From contig CAZAPD010000039.1 in the NCBI GenBank assembly GCA_964487115.1, positions 1 to 19,404 on the forward strand: DNA of 19,404 nt. The letters run 5' to 3'. The notes below the pieces were generated by a model that was not told where the DNA came from, ran no database searches, and saw nothing but the letters and a program-made list of their open reading frames with translations. Source of the DNA: an uncultured Thermococci archaeon. Its GTDB lineage: Archaea > Methanobacteriota_B > Thermococci > Thermococcales > Thermococcaceae. A program made the position numbers and the translations under genes. Positions 10,386 through 19,404 of the stretch are shown here, piece after piece (the stretch's first letter is position 1; each line of letters opens with the position of its first letter).

Positions 10386-13055
10386 ATGAAAATTGAGAAA
10401 GTTCTCATCAGAGACTTCCGCTCCCATGAATACACAAAAGTGGGCTTCACTGAAGGGATAAACCTTCTCATAGGACAAAATGGAAGCGGCAAGAGTTCCC
10501 TCCTTGATGCAATCCTCATAGGACTCTACTGGCCTACAAAACCCAAGGATCTGAAAAAAGACAGCTTTCTACGTGTTGGTGGAAAGAGCAGCGAGATCAC
10601 AATTTTCTTTGAGAGAAATGGTGTGAAATACCAAATCCACCGCAACATAACGAGGGGTCTGGCTCATGTAAAATACTTTGAAAATGGCAAATGGAATACT
10701 CTTGAGGTAAACCAGAAGAAAGTTAGGGACTGGATGGAGAAGATAATCCCCTACGATGTTTTTGTTAATGCTATTTACATAAGACAAGGTGAGATAGATG
10801 CAATTCTTGAGAGCGATGAGAGCAGAGAAAAGATAGTAAGAAAGGTTCTCGGGCTGGATAAATATGAAAATGCATATAAAAACCTTCTTGAAATCCGTAA
10901 AGCCATTGAGAGCCAGATAAAAGGTATCGAAGCATACTTAGAATCAATGAAGAACATAGATGAAATGATAAACGAAACTGAAAAAGACCTCAGGGATACA
11001 ATCAAAGCCCTCAACAACATTTCTCCAAAAATTCCGAGGCTGAGAAAAGAAGTGACCGGGATTGAAGAAGAGCTACAAAAACTGAATAGTTTAGCAGAGG
11101 AAATCAGCAAACTCACGTCCCATGAGAAAGAAAAGGAGGGCACGCTGAAAGAAATTCAGGCAAGGATAAACGGTCTGATATCTTCATTGGATGAGAGGAA
11201 GAAAAGACTTGGAGAGCTGGAGCACAAAGAGAAGGAGCTCAAAAAGATAAAACCTCAAGCAGAGGACTATATCCGGCTGGCCAGCTTTTACGACAGATTT
11301 AGGGAAAAGAAAGAAAAGTCTGAAAGGATTATCCGAGGGTATGAAGGGCAGATTCAGGGCCTTGAGGAGCGTATAAATGAGTTGGAAGGAAAGGAGAAAG
11401 AAATTGAGAAGCTGAATAAAGAAATCCAAAAAATTGAGAGAGAGCTTGAAAAGCTGAAGAGGGCTGCAGAAGAATACAACGAAGCTTTAAGAATCCAGAA
11501 CAGTCTCAAACTACTGGAAGAGAGAAGTAAAATGGATGAAGAAGAAATTGAAAAACTGGAAGAGGAAATTGAAAGAGCCAAAGAGCAAAGGGAGAAGATC
11601 CTCAAAGAAATTAACAGAATAAATGAAAAAAGGGGAGAACTCAGAAACTCCATGAGAGAGAAAAATAAGGCAATTCTTGAGCTTAAAAAAGCAAGAGGAA
11701 AGTGCCCAGTGTGTGGAGCAAAGCTCACGGAGAAGCATAGGAAAAAATTGCTCAGTGAATACGGCATTGAACTGAAGAAATACGAGGAGGAACTTAAAAA
11801 TCTTGACAGAAATGAGAAAGAGCTGAGACGAGAACTTTTTGAAGTTGAAAAAATCCTAAAGAGGGAAAAGGAACTGATAAAGGAGAAAGAGTTACTGAAC
11901 CAGAAAAAGGAACTCAGAGAAAAGCTTAATAAATTGAATATTAAGGAGCTTGAGAAAAAAGCTCGAAAATACGAAGACCTTTCCCAGCAGAGAGGAAGGC
12001 TTCTGGGAGAAATCGAAAAGCTCAAGGAAGAGGTTCGAAGAAAGGCCACATTTGAAAAGAAAAAGGAATATCTGCAAAAAAAGATTAAAGCATTGAAAGA
12101 AGAACTTAAATCTTACGAAAAAGAACTCAAAAAGCTGGGATTTGAGGAGATAGAAGAACTCAAGGCAAAGGTTGAAGAACTCAAACCGATCTATGAAGAG
12201 TATCTTAAACTTCTGCCATCTGTGGAAAAGATTCCCGAGGAAAGGAAAAAGCTGAAAGACGAGAAAATCAGACTAAAGAGGCTGCAGGACGAACAAAAAC
12301 GTATATCCCGGGAGCTTGGAGATATAAAGAAGAAGCTTGAGCTGAGCAGAGGAGAATACAATAGGGAAAAGCACGAATCTTTGAGAAAAATCCATATAAA
12401 GAAGAGAGAAGAGCTTGTGAGGATGGAAGAAGAGCAGAAACATCTCGAAGAGAAGAAAAAGGAGCTTATGAAACGCATTGAGGAGCTCAAGAAAGAGAAA
12501 GACAACATAAAACTCAGGAAGAAAGAGCTTGAAAATCTAAAAAAGGCAAGGGAGAAAGTTCAGGAGCTCAGGGAGAAGGTCAGGCAGTATAAAAACATCC
12601 TAAAGGAAGATTCCCTCGCCAGAGTTGGGGAATATGCAAGCGAGATTTTTGAAGAGCTCAGCGAGGAAAAATATTCTGGAATAACCGTGAAAGCTCTGGA
12701 GAACAAGGTCGTTCTGGGTGTCGTTTATAATGGTGAGGAGAGGGAGCTCTCTTTCCTAAGCGGAGGTGAGAGGATAGCCCTTGGACTGGCGTTTAGACTT
12801 GCCCTCTCCATGTATCTTGCAGGAGAAATACCTCTCCTCATAATGGATGAGCCCACCCCATATCTTGATGAGGAAAGAAGGCGGAGGCTCGTGAATATCA
12901 TGGAACGCTATCTGAGGAAAATCCCCCAAGTCATTATAGTATCACACGATGAGGAGCTTAAAGATGCCGCTGACAGGGTTGTTCGGGTCAGGCTTGAAAA
13001 TGGCATTTCGAGGATTGAAGAAGTTGAGTTGGAGGCAGAAGCATGTACAGGCTAA
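10386..13055 (+). CDS. rad50: DNA double-strand break repair ATPase Rad50
   Basis: Walker [11 protein letters not shown]-loop YIRQGEI, coiled coils with CPVCG zinc hook, LSGGE signature, MDEPT, VSHD. Confidence 0.97.
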   Translation: MKIEKVLIRDFRSHEYTKVGFTEGINLLIGQNGSGKSSLLDAILIGLYWPTKPKDLKKDSFLRVGGKSSEITIFFERNGVKYQIHRNITRGLAHVKYFENGKWNTLEVNQKKVRDWMEKIIPYDVFVNAIYIRQGEIDAILESDESREKIVRKVLGLDKYENAYKNLLEIRKAIESQIKGIEAYLESMKNIDEMINETEKDLRDTIKALNNISPKIPRLRKEVTGIEEELQKLNSLAEEISKLTSHEKEKEGTLKEIQARINGLISSLDERKKRLGELEHKEKELKKIKPQAEDYIRLASFYDRFREKKEKSERIIRGYEGQIQGLEERINELEGKEKEIEKLNKEIQKIERELEKLKRAAEEYNEALRIQNSLKLLEERSKMDEEEIEKLEEEIERAKEQREKILKEINRINEKRGELRNSMREKNKAILELKKARGKCPVCGAKLTEKHRKKLLSEYGIELKKYEEELKNLDRNEKELRRELFEVEKILKREKELIKEKELLNQKKELREKLNKLNIKELEKKARKYEDLSQQRGRLLGEIEKLKEEVRRKATFEKKKEYLQKKIKALKEELKSYEKELKKLGFEEIEELKAKVEELKPIYEEYLKLLPSVEKIPEERKKLKDEKIRLKRLQDEQKRISRELGDIKKKLELSRGEYNREKHESLRKIHIKKREELVRMEEEQKHLEEKKKELMKRIEELKKEKDNIKLRKKELENLKKAREKVQELREKVRQYKNILKEDSLARVGEYASEIFEELSEEKYSGITVKALENKVVLGVVYNGEERELSFLSGGERIALGLAFRLALSMYLAGEIPLLIMDEPTPYLDEERRRRLVNIMERYLRKIPQVIIVSHDEELKDAADRVVRVRLENGISRIEEVELEAEACTG

Positions 13056-14347
13056 TATCAAAAGCTCAGGCTGACAGGATTGGAAAACTGCTACAGAGGG
13101 AGCTTAAAGAGGCGGAGAAAGTCCTCGAAGGACGGATAGAGTGGAGAGCACTCCCAAATAGAAAACCGAGTAAGGTTTATGCTATCGACGGAAGTCAAGG
13201 GAAACAGAGGCTCAGCGGGACGATACTCTACACGGTCTCATCCTTTGCCTTCGGAAACGGGCCGAGTGCGAGGATGATATACACAAATGCAATGCTCTAC
13301 AATCAGGGTATCTCCGACCAGATTATAAGACTTCAAATGGAGACCCTTGAAAACAAGATAGGAGCTCTGGTCGGGGACGAGCACATGATTCTTATGGATG
13401 GAACCCTGACAGGTTCTCTGACGAGACCCCCAGTATATCCAGAAAGCGTTAGGGGAATAACAACCATAACAGAGACCCTTGGTGATGACAAGCTTGAAGA
13501 ACTCGTCGATGATTTTATCAAGAGACTGAAGGAAAACTATGCTGAGCTTTCCCTGCAGCTTGAGAGGAAGAGAGAGTTAAGGGAGGGAGTTATTCTCGCC
13601 GATGAAGTCTTAGACGAGTATGAGGAATATTACAGAGCCATGGAAGGAAAACCCGTAACCAACTATGATGGGGTTCTCAAGAGACTCCGGGAGGTTATAA
13701 AAGGCGAAAATCCACAGATGGCACTGATGGAGATAGCTGAGAGGCTTGAAAGATATGGAGAGGAGAAAGAGCTCTCCATTGAGGATGCAAGAAACTCAAT
13801 CCACGTAGTCCTTGGCTACATTGAATACCTATACTCCCTTGAGAAGTTGCTTAAAAAGGACCTGATATACATAGCCAAAAGCTTTTACAACAGAAAAATT
13901 ACGTCAAAACTCGGCATCACTTCCGTCGATGTCCCATTCCTCGATGCATACCTCCGGAAGACCTTTGGAGAGGAAAAATCAGGTTACTATATCATAACGC
14001 AGGGAGGCAAAGCCATAAGCCACAGAATGCCTAAGACGCTCAGAAAGCACTTTCCACTCGTAGATAGATACATAGCTGAAGGAGTTTCAATGGCATACAT
14101 AAGAACTATGAAAGGAGGGGTAATATACCTCCTGCAGTCAAACAGGAAGATTGATGATGAATTGCTGGCAAGGTTGCTGTGGCATGAGAGCAATGGCTAC
14201 ATACGCCCTCTCCAGAGAGCACATGAAGGTGTAAAGATAGAGCAGAAGCTGTTTAACGCCGAACTCGAAGCACTTTTAAACCACCTGAAGAGGAAGAACC
14301 CGGAACTCAGGGTATTTCTGAAATATGGAAGGTCTCCTCTCGAATGA
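13043..14347 (+). CDS. nurA: 5'-3' nuclease NurA
   Basis: [32 protein letters not shown]. Position after rad50. Confidence 0.94.
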   Translation: MYRLISKAQADRIGKLLQRELKEAEKVLEGRIEWRALPNRKPSKVYAIDGSQGKQRLSGTILYTVSSFAFGNGPSARMIYTNAMLYNQGISDQIIRLQMETLENKIGALVGDEHMILMDGTLTGSLTRPPVYPESVRGITTITETLGDDKLEELVDDFIKRLKENYAELSLQLERKRELREGVILADEVLDEYEEYYRAMEGKPVTNYDGVLKRLREVIKGENPQMALMEIAERLERYGEEKELSIEDARNSIHVVLGYIEYLYSLEKLLKKDLIYIAKSFYNRKITSKLGITSVDVPFLDAYLRKTFGEEKSGYYIITQGGKAISHRMPKTLRKHFPLVDRYIAEGVSMAYIRTMKGGVIYLLQSNRKIDDELLARLLWHESNGYIRPLQRAHEGVKIEQKLFNAELEALLNHLKRKNPELRVFLKYGRSPLE

Positions 14348-15387
14348 GGGAAAAGTTTAAACGATGGACAAATAATCCAAAAACCATGAAACGAGTACTG
14401 CTGACGGTGGCGGTGCTTTCAGGCATCAGCATACTCCTTGGACTTTATATCGGCTCTGTTAGCCTTTCCTTTGGTCAGATAACTGAAAGTGTGGGCCTTG
14501 GCATTAAATCCTCCTTAGGAATTGCGGAAAAGCCTTCAAACGTGTATTTCACAATAATATGGGAAATACGGCTCCCGAGAGTTCTTCTGGCATATCTGGT
14601 CGGTCTCAGTTTGGCATCCGCCGGGGTTGCGTCACAGGCACTCTTCAAAAACCCCTTGGCTGATCCATACATCCTCGGAATAAGTGGAGGTGCCGCTGTC
14701 GGAGTTGCTCTTGCAGCCCTTTACTTCCCAAAATACGTTGAGAGCTCAGCTCTTCTCTTTTCTCTCTTCGCTGTATTCCTCGTCTACAACGTCTCCAAAG
14801 TCGACGGGCATATCCCAGTTGACACCCTTCTCTTAGCAGGAATAGCCTTCGGATTTTTAGCGACTGCCGCAACTTCATATCTGATATACATAAACCCCAA
14901 CAACACCCATGCAACATGGCTCTGGCTGATGGGAAGCTTCAACGGTGCAACTTGGGGCAAGGTGGGGAGGGTTTTCATATCGTCCCTCTTAGGATTCGTA
15001 TTCCTCATGTGGAGATGGAAGGAACTGAACCTCCTTCTCTTCGGCGAGGAGAGCATCGCCCTCGGACTTGATCTTGACTTATACCGGAAGCTCATAGTTT
15101 TTGTCATAGCCATGATGACAGCTTTAGCCGTCTCAACATCCGGAATAATAGGATTCATAGGGCTTGTTAGTCCCCATATTATGAGAATGCTGGTGGGACC
15201 TAATCACAAAAGACTACTGCCGGCAGCGGCACTCTTCGGAGGCTTTCTGACAGTTTTTGCGGATTTAATAGCGAGGACCATAAACAGGCCACAGGACATA
15301 CCTGTGGGGATAATAACCGCCCTCATCGGAGCTCCTTTCTTCCTCTACCTACTTATGAAGCATAAGAGGGGGGAGCTTTCGTCATGA
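14344..15387 (+). CDS. FecCD/BtuC-family ABC permease (cobalamin or iron-complex uptake)
   Basis: [63 protein letters not shown]. Confidence 0.92.
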   Translation: MREKFKRWTNNPKTMKRVLLTVAVLSGISILLGLYIGSVSLSFGQITESVGLGIKSSLGIAEKPSNVYFTIIWEIRLPRVLLAYLVGLSLASAGVASQALFKNPLADPYILGISGGAAVGVALAALYFPKYVESSALLFSLFAVFLVYNVSKVDGHIPVDTLLLAGIAFGFLATAATSYLIYINPNNTHATWLWLMGSFNGATWGKVGRVFISSLLGFVFLMWRWKELNLLLFGEESIALGLDLDLYRKLIVFVIAMMTALAVSTSGIIGFIGLVSPHIMRMLVGPNHKRLLPAAALFGGFLTVFADLIARTINRPQDIPVGIITALIGAPFFLYLLMKHKRGELSS

Positions 15388-15470
15388 AGGTTGCCGTTTT
15401 AGTCAGCTCAGTGTTTCTCCGTAATCTCCCAAATGAAGCACAAAAGGAGGGAATCCCATCATGAAGCTTG
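15355..15470 (+). repeat. Degenerate direct repeat of the permease-stop/ATPase-start junction
   Basis: 15355-15393 versus 15433-15470: 30 of 39 aligned positions identical by hand alignment. Confidence 0.7.
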
Positions 15471-16180
15471 ATGCAAAGATCTCCTTCTCATACAGCAGGC
15501 AGGAGGTTCTCAGGGATGTGGAGGTAGTTGCAGAGAAAGGAGAACTGTTGGCTGTTATAGGACCAAATGGGGCCGGAAAGTCAACCCTGCTCAAATGTAT
15601 GGTAGGCATTCTAAAACCTGAGGGATACGTTAGACTTAACGGAAAAGACCTCCTGAGGATGAAACCGGGCGAAAGGGCGAAAAGAATAACATACGTTCCC
15701 CAGACCTCGCTGCCAGAATTTGCCTTCACAATAGAAGAGTTCGTTGAGATGGGGACATACAAGACCCGTGGAGATGTGGAGAGCTCTCTGAAGAAAGTGG
15801 GGTTATGGGAGAGAAGAAGAGAACCCGTAACAAACCTCAGCGGTGGCGAATATCAGCTGGTCTTGATAGCGAGGGCTTTGGCCCAGGGAAGCGATGTTAT
15901 TCTGCTCGATGAACCCACAAGCCACCTCGACATAAACCATGCACTGAGAATAATGGAGCTTCTGAAAGAGCTGAAGGGGAGCAAAATTATAATAGCCGTC
16001 CTCCATGATCTAAATCTGGCCTTAAGATATTCAGATAGAATGATACTGCTCTATAAAGGACAGAAAAAATGGGAGGGGGAACCTGAAGAGCTAACTCCCT
16101 CTATTCTGGAAGAGGTTTATGGAGTTAGGGCAAAGATTCTGGAGGTCAATGGAGAGCTAACATTAATAGCATCCATTTAG
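15461..16180 (+). CDS. FepC/BtuD-family ABC ATP-binding protein
   Basis: GPNGAGKST, YVPQ, LSGGE, LLDEPTSHLD, VLHDLNLA. Confidence 0.93.
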   Translation: MKLDAKISFSYSRQEVLRDVEVVAEKGELLAVIGPNGAGKSTLLKCMVGILKPEGYVRLNGKDLLRMKPGERAKRITYVPQTSLPEFAFTIEEFVEMGTYKTRGDVESSLKKVGLWERRREPVTNLSGGEYQLVLIARALAQGSDVILLDEPTSHLDINHALRIMELLKELKGSKIIIAVLHDLNLALRYSDRMILLYKGQKKWEGEPEELTPSILEEVYGVRAKILEVNGELTLIASI

Positions 16181-16236
16181 CAAAGGTTTAAAACTCAGAA
16201 GAGCAATTGAGGTTTAGACAGGAAGAGGTGAGAGAG

Positions 16237-16842
16237 ATGAACATGGAGAAGAAGACCGGAACAACAACCGTGGGTATAAAAGTCAAAGACGGCGTCGTTT
16301 TAGCCGCTGATACTCAGGCTTCACTTGATCATATGGTAGAAACTCTCAACATAAGGAAAATCCTCCCGATAACAGACAGAATAGCCATAACTACTGCCGG
16401 AAGCGTGGGTGATGTGCAGATGCTGGCAAGACTCCTTGAGGCAGAGGCACGTTATTATCAGTTCAGCTGGGGGAAGGCGCTAACAACCAGAGCTATGGCA
16501 AACCTTCTGAGCAACATCCTCAATGAGAACAAATGGTTCCCATATCTCGTCCAGATAATAATCGGCGGTTATGTGGATGAGCCAGAGCTGGCAAATCTTG
16601 ACCCTCTGGGAGGTTTGGTTTTTGACAAATACACAGCTACAGGTTCAGGTAGCCCATTTGCAATTGCAATACTGGAAGATAACTATAAGGAGGAAATGAG
16701 CATACAAGAGGCCAGAAAACTCGCACTCAGAGCAGTCAGAACAGCCGGAAAGAGGGACGTCTATACCGGAGAAAGAAAAGTCCAGATCATGACCATAACA
16801 AAAGATGGCATGAAAGAGGAGTTTGTTGAGTTTAATGAGTGA
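16237..16842 (+). CDS. psmB: Proteasome beta subunit
   Basis: Short propeptide then TG|TTTVG, AAD, GSVGD, ATGSGS, RDVYTG. RBS GAGGTGA before ATG 16237 (or 16243). TTTAAAA TATA at 16187-16193. Confidence 0.95.
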   Translation: MNMEKKTGTTTVGIKVKDGVVLAADTQASLDHMVETLNIRKILPITDRIAITTAGSVGDVQMLARLLEAEARYYQFSWGKALTTRAMANLLSNILNENKWFPYLVQIIIGGYVDEPELANLDPLGGLVFDKYTATGSGSPFAIAILEDNYKEEMSIQEARKLALRAVRTAGKRDVYTGERKVQIMTITKDGMKEEFVEFNE

Positions 16843-16889
16843 ACCAAAGCCCTTTTAACCCTCTGTTCCAACCTTTTTGTGGGGGAATC

Positions 16890-17966
16890 ATGAAGAAACT
16901 TCTTGTGCTTGCCTTAGTTCTGCTGGTGATCCTTTCTCTTTACAGCCCAGCTCAGGTTACTCCAAATGATACTGTCTTAAGGGAAGTCCAGAGTATAATC
17001 AAGGAAGACCAACTGATTAGAAACCTCAGCTTTAAACAGCAGCCTCAGATAGTGATAATAACAAGATATCAAGCGCTTCAGATGTGGAAGGCCTCAAATC
17101 CCAATTTGGAGGCTATAAAAATGAAGGAAGCAATTTACAAAATGACTCTCCTGTTGCCAGAAAACTACAGCCTGATAAAAACTAAAAAAGAACAAGCTGC
17201 AGGATGGATAGCGGCAACGATCGGGGATAGGATATACATCATAAGGGAAAACTTCCTTGGAAGTCCAGCTATTGCGGAGAGAACAATTGCCCATGAGCTC
17301 GTTCATGTTCTTCAGAAGCAATGGTTCAACGCACCCTACGAGGGTTCAACCCTTGACCAGACACTCGCAATAAGAGCTTTAGTTGAGGGAGACGCTGATC
17401 TCGTGGCAGACCTCTTCTGCGAAAAGAGGGGAATTCCAATATACAAAATAAGGAACCTCTACACGAGAGACCCAATAATAGACATGGGCATATTCCCCTA
17501 CGTCTTTGGTGATCCCTTCGTGAGGTACCTCTATAAAAAAGGAGGTTGGTCCCTTGTCAACAGAGCATATAGAGATTTACCGGACTCAGCCATTGAAATA
17601 ATGGAGCCTGATCTTTATCTACAAGGATTCAAACCTGCAAACGTCACTCTGAACATGCCTCCAGAATATGCGATACTCCACGAAGACAGAATGGGGGCAT
17701 TTTATGTGTATCTACTGTTCTGGAGCCACAGCTATGACAATCAAACAGCCATGAAAGTCTCCACCTCTTGGAGAGGGGATAAGCTGATTTTAGCCAGAAA
17801 TGCCACCTACGAGCTTCTTCTATGGAAGGTCGTCTTTTCAGATAAAAATGCTGCCAGAAAGTTTTATGAACTCCTGCTTAATCTTTCCAAGGAAAGCAGA
17901 TATGCCAAGATAAGTATATCCTTCAGGGGTAATTATGTTCTCCTGAAAGCTATAAGGAGGATTTGA
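16890..17966 (+). CDS. Secreted/surface putative zinc metallopeptidase (HExxH, gluzincin-like)
   Basis: Signal peptide MKKLLVLALVLLVILSLYSPA, TIAHELVHVLQ, downstream LVEGDA, several N-x-S/T sequons. Confidence 0.7.
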   Translation: MKKLLVLALVLLVILSLYSPAQVTPNDTVLREVQSIIKEDQLIRNLSFKQQPQIVIITRYQALQMWKASNPNLEAIKMKEAIYKMTLLLPENYSLIKTKKEQAAGWIAATIGDRIYIIRENFLGSPAIAERTIAHELVHVLQKQWFNAPYEGSTLDQTLAIRALVEGDADLVADLFCEKRGIPIYKIRNLYTRDPIIDMGIFPYVFGDPFVRYLYKKGGWSLVNRAYRDLPDSAIEIMEPDLYLQGFKPANVTLNMPPEYAILHEDRMGAFYVYLLFWSHSYDNQTAMKVSTSWRGDKLILARNATYELLLWKVVFSDKNAARKFYELLLNLSKESRYAKISISFRGNYVLLKAIRRI

Positions 17967-18062
17967 GCTTGTTGGAACTTTCAGCATTTAAAGAAGAGGG
18001 TAAAAAGGATAAACCCGAGTTCTTCCCATTAAACCAAATCCTCCAGAAAGGGGGAGGTCAGA

Positions 18063-19184
18063 ATGCTTAGATGTCCAATCTGTGGAAGGGAATATGTAGA
18101 TGATAAAAAGATGAGATGTGAGTGTGGTGAACCACTTGAGTTTGAGCTTTTCAAAGGAGAACCATACATAGGAAAAAGTGTGTGGGAGAGGTTCCACGAT
18201 TTCTTTCCGGTTAAACCGGATTTAAGCCTAAGTTTGGGTGAAGGGGACACACCTCTCGTAAGAGGCAGAAAGCTCGGGATGAGAATCTACTTCAAAAATG
18301 AGACAGTTAATCCCACATGGAGCTTCAAAGATAGAGGGACTTTCCTTGGAATTTTGGCGGCCTTAAAATTTGGTTACAAGAAGGTTGGAACTGTCTCAAC
18401 CGGCAACATGGCAGCGAGTGTTGCTGCCTATGCCGCAAGGGCTGGATTGAAAGCTTATATTCTCGTTTCATCGAATATAGCTCCTGAAAAGATCAGCCAG
18501 ATAATGGCATACAATCCAGAGATAATACGTGTGGAAGGACCATATGATGAACTCTACTATAGGAGCCTTGAAATTGGAGAAAGTGCAGGTATATACTTTA
18601 TAAACTCAGATAATCCCTTTAGGATTGAAGGCTACAAGACGATAAGCTTTGAAATAGCAGAGGAGCTAACTCCAGATTACATCCTCATTCCAACAAGCTC
18701 TGGAGGGCTGATAAGAGGAATAATTAAAGGCTTTCTTGAGCTCAGGAATAGCGGGCTTATTGAAGAGCTCCCGACATTCATCGCAGTTCAGGCCGAAGGC
18801 TGTTCCCCGATACACAGGGCTTTCGTTGAAGGAAGAGGTAAAATAGAACGTTTTGAAAGCCCGCATACGATAGCCCATGCCATTGAAAACCCCTATCCAC
18901 CAAGCGGAAACGCTGCTATAAAGCTGCTGAGGGAGCTTGATGGATTCATAACCATCGTAAATGACAGAGAAATATTGGAGGCTCAGAGAGAGCTTGCTCA
19001 GGAGGGACTTTTCGTCCAGCCTGCGAGCGCCACAGGAGTGGCCGCTTTGAGAAAGCTCGACCTGCCGGAGGGAGCGAAGGTCGTTTCCATTCTGACAGGT
19101 TCAGGTTTGAAAACCCTGAAGGCGGGGACGGCGGGAGAGATAAAGGAGTGTCATCTTGAGGAGCTTGAAAAATGCATGAGGTGA
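18063..19184 (+). CDS. thrC: Threonine synthase (fold-type II PLP enzyme)
   Basis: N-terminal CPICG..CECG ribbon, LGEGDTPL, NPTWSFKDRG (PLP Lys), STGNMAASVAAY, EGYKT, LTGSGLK. Substrate specificity is inferred. Confidence 0.85.
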   Translation: MLRCPICGREYVDDKKMRCECGEPLEFELFKGEPYIGKSVWERFHDFFPVKPDLSLSLGEGDTPLVRGRKLGMRIYFKNETVNPTWSFKDRGTFLGILAALKFGYKKVGTVSTGNMAASVAAYAARAGLKAYILVSSNIAPEKISQIMAYNPEIIRVEGPYDELYYRSLEIGESAGIYFINSDNPFRIEGYKTISFEIAEELTPDYILIPTSSGGLIRGIIKGFLELRNSGLIEELPTFIAVQAEGCSPIHRAFVEGRGKIERFESPHTIAHAIENPYPPSGNAAIKLLRELDGFITIVNDREILEAQRELAQEGLFVQPASATGVAALRKLDLPEGAKVVSILTGSGLKTLKAGTAGEIKECHLEELEKCMR

Positions 19185-19404
19185 TAGAAACGCTGGTAGG
19201 AATAGGGCTGATGCCCCACGGGAACCCGGTTTTGGATCCTCCGAATGAGGAAACGATGAGGCTCGCCAGAGTTCTGAAGAGAATCGGCGAGGAGTTCAAG
19301 GGCATCGATTCCTACGTCCTGATAAGCCCGCACAACACGAGGATGAGTGACCACCTCGGTGTTGTTATGGCGGAACACCTGGTTTCGTGGCTCGGCTTCG
19401 AGGG
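19181..19404 (+). CDS. LigB/class III extradiol dioxygenase-like protein, 5' part (truncated by window)
   Basis: Open frame (V)IETLVGIGLMPHGNPVLDP...YVLISPHN...EHLVSWLGFE with the PH and ISPH metal-binding motifs of the LigB/MEMO fold. Absent from the ORF track because there is no stop codon in the window. Confidence 0.75.
   Translation, partial: MIETLVGIGLMPHGNPVLDPPNEETMRLARVLKRIGEEFKGIDSYVLISPHNTRMSDHLGVVMAEHLVSWLGFE

Noticed and set aside
10569..12508. Ser/Phe/Leu-rich antisense ORFs (up to 231 aa) inside rad50
   Set aside because: Shadow frames of Glu/Lys-rich coiled-coil codons.
16839..16889. GTG-initiated extension of the secreted protein
   Set aside because: It spans a TATA-like element, and the signal peptide begins at ATG 16890.

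Overview
Core-genome region of a Thermococcales archaeon (Thermococcus/Palaeococcus-like, inferred from gene order and protein sequences). In order: partial upstream CDS, trm5a/taw22, rfcL-rfcS (minus, intein-free), kbl, an AT-rich DUF835-type membrane gene, endA-rimI (minus), then herA-mre11-rad50-nurA coupled to a FecCD/BtuCD-type ABC permease and ATPase, psmB, a secreted HExxH protein, threonine synthase and the start of a LigB-like dioxygenase gene. The most interesting part is the non-coding gap 6800-7330. It holds a textbook box C/D guide sRNA (+). On the minus strand it holds a ~372-bp non-autonomous IS200/IS605-family element with decayed left and right ends, an internal TATA box and a frameshifted tnpB 3' remnant. 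This looks like a stand-alone omegaRNA (TnpB guide RNA) cassette inserted directly against the herA-operon promoter. A degenerate duplicated gene junction with a 26-aa mini-ORF lies between the ABC genes. All assignments come from reading motifs by eye; no searches were run.
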